A DNA stretch of 64,000 nt. Origin: Takakia lepidozioides (Eukaryota; Plantae; Bryophyta). The DNA is taken from contig CM060731.1 in assembly GCA_030704615.1 (NCBI GenBank), positions 90,210,001 to 90,274,000 of the forward strand. The letters run 5' to 3'. The notes beneath the pieces were generated by a model that saw only the letters and a list, made by a program, of their open reading frames with translations, did not search any database and was not told where the DNA came from. The position numbers and the translations under genes were made by a program. This document shows positions 13,401 through 26,454 of the stretch, piece by piece. Every line of letters begins with the position of its first letter. Within the stretch, counting starts at the first letter, position 1.

Positions 13401-16400
13401 AGCTGGCTTTCGGCGAAACAGGGGCTGTGTGGATCATATCTTCACTCTAAGCCAGATTATCCAGGGAAGGAAAAAAGAAGGGAAACCCAGTTATGTTTTT
13501 TTCCTGGATGTCAAAAAGGCTTATGACACAGTGTGGAGAGATGGCCTATGGTTCCGCCTCTGGTCTTGTGGGATCGAGGGAAAGATGTGGAGAGTTGTCC
13601 ACAACTTGTATGCTCACACCAAAAGCTGTGTCACTGTTAACGGACAGAAGTCCAACTTCTTTGACATAGACCAAGGTGTAGCTCAAGGATGTACTCTCTC
13701 CCTCTGCTCTTCAATGTTTTCATCAATCAACTCCTCGAGGATGTGGAAAGTGAGGGATTTGGGTTAAGGGTGGGTGATACCACCATACCAGCCCTTATGT
13801 TTGCGGATGACTTCGCAGGCATAGGGGAGACTCCAACCAATCTCCAGGAGTTGATTGGTTGCGCGAAGAGATACTTTGATCTTTGGGGGCTAGAGGCTAA
13901 TGTCAGCAAATGTGCAGTGGTAGCATTCAACGACAGAGGAGAGGGAGGAAGTGATCTTAAGTGGCAGTGGGGTAGCCAAGAGATCCCGGTCCTCCCTTCC
14001 TACACTTACCTGGGCGTTGAGTTCTCCTCCAATTGTAATTGGGATGCACATTTCCGGAAAGTTGTTCAAACTGGCAAGGGCAAAGCTCTGGGGCTCACTA
14101 AATTTTTCCACTGCAGAGGGGTCAACTCTGAGGTTAAGAAAATCATGCTTTGTCGCGTTATTAGACCTGCCTTGGAGTACGGATCTGCTATATGGGTTGA
14201 TAACTCCAACCAGGCTAAGTCTCTAGAATCCATTCAAGTGGGGGTGCTTAAGGAGTGTATGTCAGCATGCTCCAAAACAGCCAATGTGGCTGTTCGGGGT
14301 GAGTTTGGCATTCCGTCCTTAAGCTCCCGACGAGATGAATTCAAGGTCAGATGGTGGGGTCAGCTGCAACATATGCCCAACACCAGATATCCTAAGTTAA
14401 TCGACTCTATATCTTGGAAACAGGACCGCCCTGTCAAACAGGCTAAGTCCTGGCAGAAGAGAGTAGAAGAGATTCTCAAGGACCTGGACCTGGAACCGCA
14501 AGTCTTGACCCTGCTGGATAAATCTGACTTAGAGGCTTTAGTGTCCAAAGCCATGTCTGTTGCCATGAGATTGTCTGATGAAAAGGAAGTTAGGCAGAAA
14601 ACTTCCCTGAACTTGTTTCCAGTCAGTGACATGGGGGAGGACATCTTGGATGACCTCAAGGGTCTACCCACTCTCGGCACTAGACTGAAATTTAAACTCA
14701 GGGCAGGAAGCCTACCTTTGAACAGCAAACAGAAGCAGAGAGGAAAGGGAGAGTGCAATTGCCCGTTGTGTGGGCAACCTGAAGACAGTATTCATTTTCT
14801 GATACACTGTCCGGGGTTCTCTCACCAAAGAGACGCTCTCTTCAAATCTATCAAGGGAATTGTGCTTGTACCTCTGTTTACCAACTTTGAAAGTCTCGAG
14901 GCTGAGCCAAAAGCCCAGGCCCTCCTGAGGCCTAGTTTTTGGGCAAATCACACACAGCAGATTGATGCTTGTGTGAAGGGATTTCTAGAGAATATCTGGA
15001 AAACCCGGATTAATTCTTTATGTGAAGGTAAGTCTTACTACCAACGTCAGCCCCTGACAGAGGTAGGTTCTGTCCCTTTTGTTTCCGCTCAAACTGGGCG
15101 CGGGGTCAATGGCCACAAGGCTACGGCAAACAACTTCTTATGAGTACAATCTCTCTCTCTACAACATACCATGTCGGTAACAACACTCCCCAGGGTGATT
15201 CCTGGGAATTGGTTACTTATGCCAAATCTAGGGCTTCATGTGTAGGGTGAATCCCAGGATGGAATTTGTGTCCTTTAAAACTACCTCCTCCAGCCTAGGC
15301 GTGGATTATGTGGCTAATGACTCCATCTTGAGACTTGATAACAGAGGTACTTTGAAGGTTGCAATGTCTAAAAATGGGGGTGATTCCTGGGAATTGGTTA
15401 CTTATGCCAAATCTAGGGCTTCATGTGTAGCTTTTGGGGTGAATCCCAGGATGGAATTTGTGTCCTTTAAAACTACCTCCTCCAGCTTAGGCGTGGATTA
15501 TGTGGCTAACGGCTCCATCTTGAGACTTGATAACAGAGGTACTTTGATAACAGAGGTACTTTGAAGGTTGCAATGTCTAAAAATGGTACAAATAGAGTCT
15601 CACATCAAATCAAGCTCAAAGAAGTTCGTCCCTTGACTGGCTGGAGAGCGGTCTTAGACATTGGTGATTCAATGAGGTGCTCTAGGAAGACAACCAAGGG
15701 TGGGGACTTCAACTTGAAAGTTTCTAACCGGATGAGGTTGATACCAAGCAGCCAGACAGACAAGCTGGCCCTAAGTGTGCTGAGCCTGAGCATCGTGTGA
15801 CTGAAGGTATGGTACTCTGAATGGTTTGCCAATCCTTAAAGTTTACACAAGACGAGCAAAATCTACATACGGGGTAATTGTCCCCGCTCTGCAGAACGGT
15901 TGACCGTCCAGGAGCAACCATAGGCTACCTAGACGGCAAACAATCCATATGCAAAGGGCTGGCTTGCAGCTGGGCACTTTCAATTTCTCAGGGCTGAGAA
16001 ACAATTTGAAGTGGGACAAGTTCTTCAGGCAAATGGTATTCATATCTGTGCAGGGCAAGAGACGTGGGAAACCTCGGACAAACTGGTTGGAGATGTCAAA
16101 GGGTGTAAGTGGTTCGGTAAGATGTGTGCACTTAAGGCAGCCTCTGCCAAGCATGGTCAAAAAGGTGTTGGCTTCTTTGTCCGTGATTTCTTGTATGACA
16201 ATTGTGAAATTACCAACAAGGGTCTGCAGTATGAGCACAGTATCTGGCTGAAACTGAATTTGAAGGGCGGCGTGAGTAGGAAGGACCTATTTGTGGGTTG
16301 TGTTTACATGCCCACAGAGGGGACCCTTAGTGCTGACACAGACAAAGCCTTCGAAGACGTAAAGCTGGACTGTGCTAAGTTCCTCGCCAAAAGGTCAGGT

Positions 16401-19400
16401 GGTCTTATTGGGTGACTTCAATGTCCAGGTGGGCAAAGGTCTTAATCAGGATGATACGATTGGGCCTTTTGGTGAGGACGAGCTGACTTCTAATGGAAGA
16501 TTTTAATAAACTGTCTGGAAGAACTTCAGCTCTTGACCTTGAATAACAGGTCAAAAGGAGACCAAGTGCAGTGGACCCCTGAGAAAGCCCAGACTGGGGA
16601 ACGTTCCATTGTGGATTATATCATAGTGTACAAGAAATTGTTTTCCAAGAGTGCCAATGTGTTGATCGACAGAACTGATATTGGTACCTTGACCACTTCC
16701 TGGTTTGGGCTGAGATCAAAAGGTGTTTTCCCAACACCAAGAGATCTGTGAAACGTTCGATTCGGAAGTGGCCCATAGAAAAACTCCAAAATGAAGAGGT
16801 CAAGGCTGACTATGTCCAGGCCTTGCAAGAGGCTCCCTCACTTTGTCCATTTGCTCCAAGATCTTTAGTCTTGCTCTGGCAATGCAAGAAATGAAGTCGA
16901 AAGAGCAGTGGATTCTTGGGAGAGTTTCGTCTCCTCTGTGGCTGACAAGATCATTGGGAGGAAACTAATTGTCTGCGGTAGAGCTGTTAGTTGGTGGACC
17001 AATGAGATCAAACTCAAGATAGCCACGAGACGAGTCCTCTATAAAGAGTGCTGCAATTTGAAAGCCAGCAAAGAATTGTGGGCTAGGTACTACCAGATCC
17101 ACAAAGATATCAATCAGCTTGTAAGGTCTCAGAAGAAATTATACTGGGATAAGTTATACGGTGAAATAAACTCAAACCACCATGGTGGTAATGACAAGAG
17201 ATTCTGGTTGGCCCTTCAATGTCTGTACAAGCCAAAAATTGTCAGAAAGTACACGGGCTGAGGACTACTAAGGGTGCAGTGGTGACTTCAACGGTTGACA
17301 TTGTCAAAACCTTTGAAACCCACTACAGCATCCTTGGCAGAAATTCTAGGTCTAACAGTGAGGGGTCTCCTGAAGAATGGACGGCCAGTTGAAAAAACTG
17401 TCCCTATGATTCGAGACAGCCCTGATGAACTGGAGTATATTTCAAAGGGTTCTCCCAGTAGTTCTTCTGAGATTGTGGAAGCAATTGAGCATTTAAACGG
17501 ATATAAAGCTGGTGGACCTGATGGCATAGTCAATGAGCTTATCAAGCACGGTGGCGACCCCATGATAGAGGCCCTTGTACTTCGTATTAACCTTATCTGG
17601 AGGACTAAAATGATCCCCTTCCGTTGGTGACAGGGGGTCGTTGTCAATCTGTACAAGAAAGGTGACAGAGAAGAACCTGGGAACTATCGAAGCATCATAC
17701 TTCTCAATGCAGTTGGCAAGATATTTTGCAGAGTTATAAGTACTCGTCTCGAGGTTGATTTGGTGTCTAGAGGTTGTTTCCATGAAGGGATGTGGAAAGC
17801 GAGGGATTTGGGTTATGGGTGGGTGATGCCACCATACCAGCCCTTATGTTTGCGGTGACTTCGCAGGCATTGGGGAGACTCCATCCAATCTTCAGGAGTT
17901 GATTGATTGCGTGAAGAGATACTTTGATCTTTGGGGATTAGACGCTAACATCAGTAAATGCGCAGTGGTGGCATTCAACGACCGAGGGGAGGGAGGAGGC
18001 AATCTCAAGTGCCAGTGGGAAAGCCAAGAGATTCCAGCACAAAACGTTGGGTATCACCAAATTTTTCCACTCAGAGGGATCAACTCTGAAGTCAAAAAAA
18101 CCATGCTTTGCCAGGTTATTAGGCCTGTCTTGGAGTACGCACCTGCAGTATGGGTTGATAACTCCAACCAGGCTAAGTCTCTAGAATCCATTCAAGTGGG
18201 GGTGCTTACGGGAGCTTAAGGGAGGGATGCCAAATTCACCCCAAACAGCCACATTGGCTGTTTTGGAGCATGCTGACATGTCAAATGGTGGGGCCAGTTG
18301 CAACATATGACTAATATCAGATATCCTAAGTTAATCGACTCTATATCTGGAAGCAGGATCGCCCTGTCAAACAGGCTATAAGTCCTGAGGGAAGAGAGTA
18401 GAAGAGATTCTCAAGGATCTGAATCTAAGTCCGCAAGCCTTGAACCTGCTGGAAAAATCTGACTTAGAGGCTGTAGTGTCCAAAGCCATGTCTGTTGCCA
18501 GGAAATTGTCTGATGAAAATGAAGTTAGGTAGGAAACTTCCCTGAACTTGTTTCCAGTCTGTGACATGGGGGAGGCCATCATGGATGTCCTCAAGGGTTT
18601 ACCCACACTCCGCACTAGACTGAAATTTAAACTCAGGGCGGGAAGCCTACCTTTGAACAACAAACAGAAGCGGAGATGAAAGGGGGATTGCAAATGCCCG
18701 TTGTGTGGGCAACCTGAAGACAATATCCACTTTCTGATTCATTGTCCTGGGTACTCTCACCAGAGAGACGTCCTCTTCAAATCCATCAAGGGAGTTGTGC
18801 ATGTACCTCTGTTTACCAACTTTGAGAGTCTCAAGGCTGAGCCAAGAGCCCAGGCCCTTTTGGGGCCTAGTTATTGGGCAAACCACACACAGCAGATTGA
18901 TGCTTGTGTAAAGGGATTTCTAGAGGATATCTGGGAAACTCGGATCACTTGTCTGTTCCAAGGTAAGTCATACTGCCGGTGTCAGCCCCTGACAAAGGTA
19001 GTTTCTGCCCTTTGTGTTCTGCTCAAACTGAGTGTGGGGTCAATGGCCACAAGGCTACGGCAAACAACGTCTTATGAGTACATTCTCTCTCTCTCTTACA
19101 CACACGCGCGCACTAGTAAGACCAGAGTGTCAGCTGGTTGAAGGAGAGATTCTCGTCCTCTTACTGGAGTTTTCCTCAATCCGCAAAACAAAGAACCTGT
19201 GCATACCAACATCCTTGGTCAACACACAGAGCAGAATGGATCCCAGTAACATAGGTGAGAGGGCAGCGTAATTTTGAACCACGACCACAACAATGTCGAA
19301 CTATTACCTATCTAAAGACAAGAGAGGCAATTGAAGGAACCAACCTGCTGCTGTCAATAACAGCTTCTACAGGGAGAGGCTGGTCCTCTTTCACAGGAGC

Positions 19401-21086
19401 TTGAGCATACAACTCCCCTGCAAGAGAGCCAGACTCGAAGCTCAGACAAACAAACAACTTAGTTTGTCAACAGTACAAATTTCAGGAGGATGAAACACTG
19501 GCCACTATACCTCTATTGAAACCATCAACCTGAAACTGGTTCAATCCCACCTGTCGTAGTGGGAATGACGTTAAGAACATTAAGGATGCAAGCTTGCCAA
19601 TGTTCTGACTTCCTCCCATACATGAACCCTACCTTAATAGTCCAGGTGGTACTTCAAAATAGACAGGACTATCCCCCATCACAAACTGCTCTGTGCTTTT
19701 CAGCTAGAAAAAGCTTCTCCTCATCTCACTCTGCTCCCTCACTGAGAGCAAACCCCCTGTTTGCCAAAGCAGACAGCTATGCAGACAGAAGAGAAAAGCC
19801 AAGGCAGAGGCCAAAGACAGTGGAGGGTTGATAAGCAATCACAGGCCTTTCTGTGTCACATCTCAACTAATATCAGGACAATGAGGTCAAAGTGTCATAC
19901 TCTGCTTAAGAGACGAGTGATAAGTAGAACGGCTCTCTTCTAAGCAACCTAGACTATGGACTCCAGGTACTTAAACCCTCATGGAGGCCAAGGATGAAAA
20001 CACACCCTACTTATCTCAACTGTCCATAATCTTTGCAGCACCTTACGAAGTGATTTTACTTCTGAAGTATGCTGTTACGTAATGTTCTGTAATACTCTCA
20101 GAGCAAACAGGAAAACGATAAGCATGGGAGCTAGATGCCTGTAGTGGTGTCTTCAAGCCTGATGGAACAATTCGCCCCTTTGGACACAACCTTCAATGCC
20201 CCTTCCCACACCCACTTACTGATGTCCCATTCATCGGCTCTACAACCACAGTTCTCACCCAGTCAAACAGTAAACCCCTCCAACACATTGGGGCACTAAC
20301 ACCCATCACATCAAGGATGTGTAAATGAACTTGGCACACATTTATATGTTTGCTACAAGAAACATAGATAAAATATATACACAACGAGAAAATCAGAAAT
20401 TTACCTGTAAGATGCTGCACTCTTTCTTGGAGGTATCTGCAGTACACACCATATTCATTTACCGCTAACCCCAGTGAGGGCCGCCACTCACCTTAACATA
20501 CCGTATCATCATTCACCACTGCTACAAATACTTCCACTCACTGACAGGTACCCAGACCATGCATTCAATCAATGTCAATTCATGAAATGGACGCTGCTGA
20601 TCAGACCACATTAGAGGAGCGGCTGCCTTCCAGAAACAGGGACACCCTAATATTGGCCAAAGATCTCGCTTGCATACCACATAATAGTTGAATGGTTAGA
20701 AGGCCACTCTCCTTGATGGAAGGATAAGGAAAATTGCAGTTACATTGTGAGGTCTAGGGTTAGATACTGTGTCAGCATGGACCCCTTAATCATTGCCTGA
20801 GGTTGGAAGCACGGTATAGAGGTGAAACCACAAAGCAACCAGAAATTGGCGATCACAGGGGTCTGCCATCACCAGAACTTGGTGACATCAGCCTCCATCG
20901 GAATCAACCTATCCCGCTACGTCAGATATCTCAGTGCAACTATAACTTATTCACGTCAGAGGGGGTCGGAGATACCAAGTAGACATAACACTCTTTGACG
21001 TGGAATAACACCAGCTCTGCATTCTCCTCGGTCTCCTCGGTCGCCACCGCCACCATCTCTGCCTCTGCATGGTCCCCTCCCGTCAT
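7651..21086 (-). CDS. NECAP: NECAP (adaptin ear-binding coat-associated protein, PHear domain). Exons 21086-20976, 20436-20405, 20239-20139, 19417-19345, 19196-19165, 9840-9735, 8730-8619, 7983-7651
   Basis: Splices in frame to MTGGDH..LFHVKECYVYL|IPPRKSAASYR|ADEWDISKWVWEGALKVVSKG..LEDTTTG|ELYAQAPV..VEAVIDSSR|FFVLRIE..|HAFIGLGFRERPQAYDFQAALFDHVK|YLNKKKEAEEMEQ..DYSLKEGETLRLQL|..PPPPPP..EEDFGDFQGA*. Introns are GT-AG except one GC donor. Confidence 0.93.
8118..8435 (-). mobile_element. 3' end of a LINE (second family) with a (CATTT)n tail, in the last NECAP intron
   Basis: EEHFFFYCPLYYEIRGRFHCLF..CLAAYLHEAFTLR is a LINE ORF2 C-terminal HxxxxC region. It is followed by a 3' UTR and CATTT repeats (GAAAT on +, 8137-8174). 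Confidence 0.65.
8930..9160 (-). mobile_element. Two short 3'-terminal copies of the main LINE family
   Basis: TGTACTCATAAGACGTTGTTTGCCGTAGC at 8946 and 9056 is the reverse complement of the LINE 3' end at 15120-15150. Confidence 0.8.
9900..10095 (+). mobile_element. Two more short 3'-terminal LINE copies beside TC runs
   Basis: GGCTACGGCTAACAATGTCTTATGAGTACATTC (9914) and GGCTACGGAAAACAACATCTCATGAATAGATTCTCTC (10051). Confidence 0.7.
10376..10414 (+). repeat. (TC)n microsatellite immediately 5' of LINE copy 1
   Basis: Read directly from the sequence. Confidence 0.9.
10415..15160 (+). mobile_element. LINE copy 1 (APE endonuclease, RT, C-terminal CCHC), near full length, disrupted
   Basis: LATFNFSGL..ICAGQETW..GVGFFV..VYMP..LLGDFNARVG..SIVDYII..SDHFLV (APE); KAGGPDGI..NYRGITLL..QAGFR..FLDVKKAYDTV..GVAQGC..LMFADD..YTYLGV (RT); CPLCGQPEDSIHFLIHC. 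Frameshifts near 13020 and 13700. 5' boundary approximate; ends in a (CT)n tail. Confidence 0.92.
11222..11625 (+). repeat. Three in-frame 141-bp (47-aa) tandem units in the LINE 5' ORF
   Basis: PKCxEPER..GFGTLNGLPILKVYTRR..HGVIVP starts at ~11222, 11363 and 11504. Copy 2 has one unit. Confidence 0.9.
15170..19097 (+). mobile_element. LINE copy 2, tandem to copy 1 and more decayed
   Basis: Collinear with copy 1, with a 5' ~185-bp duplication, the RT core deleted at ~17790, many stops, and the same 3' end plus TC tail. Confidence 0.9.
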
Positions 21087-22627
21087 CTTCCGTGCCCCTG
21101 ATTTATCAGCTCATTCGTCAACACGGGTTCCCACCTCTTCCTCCGACCGAACTTCTTTCCTTCAAAGCTTTCTTATTTTGTGCTTGCCCTTTGTTTTCTC
21201 TTTCAAAGGGAAGTCCTTGCAGCAGTCTCTAATTCTCCCTGACAAACCTCTGTTTGGTGTCACTAGCTCACGAGCTTCCAATTTACAGTATAATTCATAG
21301 TCAGTAGGTCTCAATCGTCTGAAGCTTTTTCTAGCAAACTAAGAAATTGAAATGCTTTCCCTCTCACTTTCAGTCCATGTAATCGTTTCGAACTCAAATC
21401 ACAAGTGTGGATCCTCTCTCTCTCCTGCTATTTCACCTTCACTCGTTCTTTCCTGTTTCCGCAAAACAAGTCACGGCCCGAGATCCTGCATAAGTTGACA
21501 AGCGCTACTCCGAAAAACGCAATGACGTAGAACTGAGCGTGTGCACCGAGGAAGTCGGATCGAGAGCGAAGATGAAGCTCCCCGCGCATTGAAAGCAAGA
21601 TGTGGAGCGCATGCTTTTGCAGTGCGAGAGAGAAAGCGTTCGGAAACAACTCGCGGGCCTGTGGCAGCCAAACAGACTGCAGCAGGTAGCCAACGCGGCA
21701 TCGGACTCATACGTTTGGAGTTCAAATGCCGAAATGATGAAAGGTTCTATATTGGGCTGTTATGGTCGACTTTTTCCCTGTTTCGTTTTCTGTATTTTCG
21801 TGGAGTCAAATGATGTAGCGGGCGGCGATCACCAACCGGGAGTGACCGGTCCCACCTCTGAACACGTGGCATATTCTTGTTTTGAGACACCAAGAAGGGA
21901 CGGCCCGTATAGGCCGGTTTGCTGGAAGTGGGAAGCAACTGGTCGGGTTTTCAATTTCAAGAATCCAAACCACAGGAATATTCTTCCCGACAAAGATTCT
22001 CAGTGGATTCCCCGACATCATAGGGATGAAGTGTGAGAACTTTACTAATGGCGTGCACGGAGAGCCCTATGGTAAAGTGTCCTAATATTGCTCACTCTCA
22101 GCATCCAGCTGTCACATTTTGCTTAACCTCGTGGAATTTCAATTTTTTCTTACATGGGTTCTTTTTTTTTACAGCTGGCAACCCATAAATACTTTTCATT
22201 ACTGAGAATAACCCTCAGATTTTCATGCAGTGGATCTGGGATCTATGGAAACATAGAAAAATCCCTAATATTGCGCACCTGCTTGCGCACGTAATCAAAT
22301 GCGCAATATTAGGACAAAACACATTTTCTTCATTTTGTGATCATTGATCACGGGGTGAGACACAAGGCTACAGCCAACAACGTCTAAAGAGTACATCTTA
22401 TCTTTTGAACAAGAGTTTTGCACAATATTGTCAAGTGTTTGGAGGTAAATTAATTTTCAATAAAGGATGTTTCATCATTTGTGGAATGATATGCCCAAGC
22501 CACCAAGATGTAGCCAGGAAGAGATTGGGAATTGACACTGCAAGTAGAACAAAAAAATGCAGGGCAGAATCACCAAAATCTATAACTGCTTGGTAGCAAG
22601 CCTGTGCATGCAGCAGTAGAGAAAAAC

Positions 22628-24063
22628 CGTATGGAACTGGATGCCCTTTTTCGTGAAAGAAAGCAGCCGTTTCTCACCCTCCTGCAAATGTAACCCACAA
22701 TAAAAGCATTCTGCAAAATCAAATCAGGAGTGTAACAACCACAACCCTATGATCCTCTTTCCACAAATCATACAACATATTTCCGTACACACAAAAGTAC
22801 ACATCATCATAAGGAGAAAGAGAACATGACCAATTAAAGGGGTCACGGCAATTGTGTGGAAAGGGTTACAACGAACCTGCTGCTGGAAGTAGGCAAAAAA
22901 ATCCGTCCAAGAGCTATGCACTTTGACCACTACATATCTGCAGACCTTGATCTTGAAAAGGGAAAACCCATCCAGGCCTGTAGCAATTCAATAAAGCAGT
23001 CCACCAGCACAAACATAACCCAGATCCTATGGCTCCACTTCCTTCAATGCACCTGTACACAACTCATCATGACCCACTCTCCCCCAACCTGACTGTCAAA
23101 GTCGTTGGACCATAAAATGTTACCATCCTTGGAGAACTCTCGGAAAAAAAAGTATCTCCAGGTGAGACCTCTCCACTTCCTTATGTATGCCTCCAATGTC
23201 ATTTGAGACGGGGAAACAATAGAAATGTTCAAGTCCTTCAAAGTCTGCTCGAGCACAATGATGGCACCTCTCTCTCTTACAATTTCCTTCTCCAGGAGCA
23301 CTAAGTTCAGTTCACACCCTCATTTTGGGGTCCCTACAAAAATCTGAAATCCCAACACACATGGTAACCGTTAATTTTATGACACTCAGGACAGTACAGG
23401 GCACTGCAGATTGTTGAACTCTATTGATGATACCCATTGGGTTGTCTACAATGTAGCTGAAACAACTCCCAACATGCATCCGAATCAAAGAATACCAATG
23501 AGGAGGATACCCAAGTGGCTGCAAACCAAAAGTCTGGTTAACATGAACCATGTATCCTAAACCCACACACCCAAATGAACCATAGAAACGATATAGCTTC
23601 CCTATCATACTTCCAGATCTCCTAGGAGGTAGATGTCAAAGATACAGTACACTAAAACTCAGCTGCCAAAGCAGAGGACTTTGCAAATTCTCACCCCATT
23701 TTTCATAGCTTGAACCGATCAGCAAGGACCGGGATAACACCACTATTACCTCAATCAGGTGCAAGCCAACACCAGTGGCAGCACAGGTCCTTGCAATACA
23801 CCCTGTATTTCCAGGAATCTGTGATCCAAATCAGCCAATAGTTAGTTGCTTCTTGTTGTCAAACCAAGGTTCTCAAACCACTGTATGTCTGTGAAAGTAT
23901 GGTTGCTAGAAAGGCAGTGAATGTCCTTGTCTTTCCTAGCCAGTGCTTACGAAGACTACAAGTGGTAGATTAAAATAGGAGTGGAATACATGCGGTGACA
24001 CCAACACTACTTGCAATTTTCTCTTATGTGAATCATTTCCAGCAACTTGCCCCACTTGAAAAG
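22628..24063 (-). pseudogene. trmL: SpoU/TrmL-type tRNA 2'-O-methyltransferase gene remnant (exons ~24063-23990, 23818-23750, ~23518-23496, 22937-22877, 22681-22628)
   Basis: LQVVLVSPH|IPGNTGCIARTCAATGVGLHLIE|PLGY..|YVVVKVHSSWTDFFAYFQQQ|EGEKRLLSFTKKGIQFHT with GT-AG borders. The KRAGLDYW motif and the C-terminal FGxE..GL / LNLS exons were not found. Confidence 0.75.
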
Positions 24064-24849
24064 CTAAGAGTTAAGAAATGATAGGAGATTCTGGCACTTT
24101 TCCACATTTCTTGTGTGGTTGGATATAGCCCATGCTCTGTTGTTCTCCTGCGAAGCTGCATTTAACCAATTCACACAAAAGTTGCTCAAGATTCCAGCCT
24201 CCTCCACCCATCTCAAGAGAGCAATGGAGATTTCTTAAGGCGACTGTCACCCATCGGGAAAAACGTGAGGCCTAAACCCTGAAGGCTATTCTAAGTGGTC
24301 TGCCAGCATGCAGGGTTTAGGGTTTAAGCCTAATGACGAAGGCCCTGAAGAAAGCATCCCCTTCTAGACCTTCAATTTGCTCCTCTGCAGTACGGCTACC
24401 ACAAGAAGTGTGCATGTCACAAACCCAATCATGCATAGTATTGTCACTGTGGCATTTACAATGAGTGGGCTCAAACCCATATACCCTTGTAATTGCAATG
24501 CAAATGTGTTCTACTTCGGGTCATTATGTTGCGCAACGCACAGTACCTACTGTTGGATTGGAAAACTAGGTGTGGAAGCAATGCCACCGATGTTGTTTAT
24601 TTGCCCACCTACACTTTTGAGAAGTGCCATTATACTGAGTTGCCAACTAACCAATACGTACCATGACGCATAGAATGACAGACTGCCCTTATCCTTAAGA
24701 TCAACCAAAGCAGAACTCTGTTAGGTTTACCCCTGTCCAGGTACTCAATCTTCTTTGTTCTCTGTCTTGTTCATGTGATAGATGTTTGTTTTGTTGTTTT
24801 GCTGAGGTCCTCTTCTTTCAGATGCAATGTCGGACATATGCTTGCCACA

Positions 24850-24851
<2 letters not shown>

Positions 24852-24930
<79 letters not shown>
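24852..24930 (+). repeat. (CT)n microsatellite, ~39 units
   Basis: Read directly from the sequence. Confidence 0.97.
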
Positions 24931-24935
<5 letters not shown>

Positions 24936-25342
24936 GGACGAGATCAAGAGGTATGTAGGCCTCGACCACAACTTGCCATGATTGATGGCGGGACTACTGG
25001 CTAGTGGTTGTTTCTCCTGAGAGTTATGGCCTCTTTCACAAGGGCTTCTTATACAAAGAGCAACGGTGGGTGTTCAGAGAGGCCGGCTCACCACCTGCAA
25101 CATACCTATGCCACCACCTGCCACATATCAGGCCCAACCTTAGAACATGTGGAATATCTTTCATGCAGATATTTATATACTACCCTAAAAAGAGTAAGCA
25201 TCCATTGATGAATATGAGTGAAGCTAACACATTTCTAAGGTACGTGGTGTTCAATAACACCATTGTAACATAAACTCCTTAGGTACCCTGAGGCAGCAAA
25301 GTTGGAGGTAAACCTTGTTCCACCGATTCTTTCATTGCTTGC

Positions 25343-26194
25343 CTATATCTTCTGTTGATGGAGTCTGTCACAGTCACTGTCTTGAGGAGCACTTATCTCC
25401 TTACCTTTGCGTCGAGTCCGCCCAGATGATGAAGCATCTTTGCTCTTCCGTGCTGCTTCTTTCTCCGCCCTTACCCTCTCATGCGTTGCTGTGGCAATCT
25501 CTTTTTGTTGTTGTAGTTCTTCTTGCCTTTTAAGACGTTTAGCTTGCTTTTGTTCTTTGTCTTTGGCCCTCTGGAGGCGGCCAGCTTCCAATTTCTCAAG
25601 CCTTTTTTTCTTCCTTTCCTCTATATCAAGTTTGCGTTGAACTGGCCAGCTAGGACCTTTGCTTCCTTCTGCAACCGCTGCTCTCTCAAATATTCCTCAT
25701 ACTCCGGGCTGGTGATGCATGCTTGCGATGCAATAGTCTGCCCTCGATCTTCTGTAATACGAGGTGGCGGGAGGCTTGGTAATGTAAGAAGATCCACAAG
25801 TGTCAGCCTGGGCTCATCAATGCTAAGTTGTGACACACGTTGTGATAAGTCTTCTTCTTCACTAAAGCCTATCATGTCCAAGAGAGACTCTGGTGGAATT
25901 TCATTGTTGTCATCGAGAGGGCTCTCATTGGTTGATTCTTCGTCAGACCCTGAGTCTTCGTGATGCCCTGAACTTGAGGTTGAACCCCTATCAAGGTCAT
26001 TGGAGTCAAATATTGCACTTGGGCCCATATGAGAGTCAAGAGCATGTGGATCTAATGGAAATATCCTTGTTTTGCGGGACCCTGCCTTGATGTTCTCCAC
26101 AGTGCAAATTGCCTCTAGGGCCGGAGATGCCAAAGTTGCCAATGCCACTTTATTGCCATTGCCATTCAACCATTTTGGGTTTGCTGCAATCATC
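25343..26194 (-). pseudogene. C-terminal fragment of a pogo/Tigger-like (DDE_1) transposase, cut at the MULE left TIR
   Basis: ENIKAGSRKTRIFPLDP resembles the post-catalytic NIxxGFxxTGIxP motif. It is followed by ITSPEY and a K/E/R-rich tail. Frameshifted. Confidence 0.6.
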
Positions 26195-26454
26195 GAGGTT
26201 TGCTATTTCATGAGCATGAGCGGCATGAGCGGCATGAGCGGCATGAGCAGAGTAGTAACACAATCGGTTTTCATGAGCAGAAGTACAAATTTCGAAAATA
26301 AAAAACAATAAAAAACAATAAAAAAACAATAATTTAATGCAATGTGTCAGGAAAAACAAATATATTATTCGGCCCCTTGAAGGGAAAATTGCACTTTTGA
26401 CAGTTGTGCTCATGATATTTCGTCTTCCGCTCATGCCAATTCCCAACGACATGT

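Noticed and set aside
22262-22314. Hairpin CCTAATATTGCGCA..TGCGCAATATTAGG as an RNA gene
   Set aside because: Isolated; more likely a MITE remnant, and boundaries could not be defined.
24745-25004. ER/SL-repeat ORFs
   Set aside because: They are translations of the (CT)n microsatellite.
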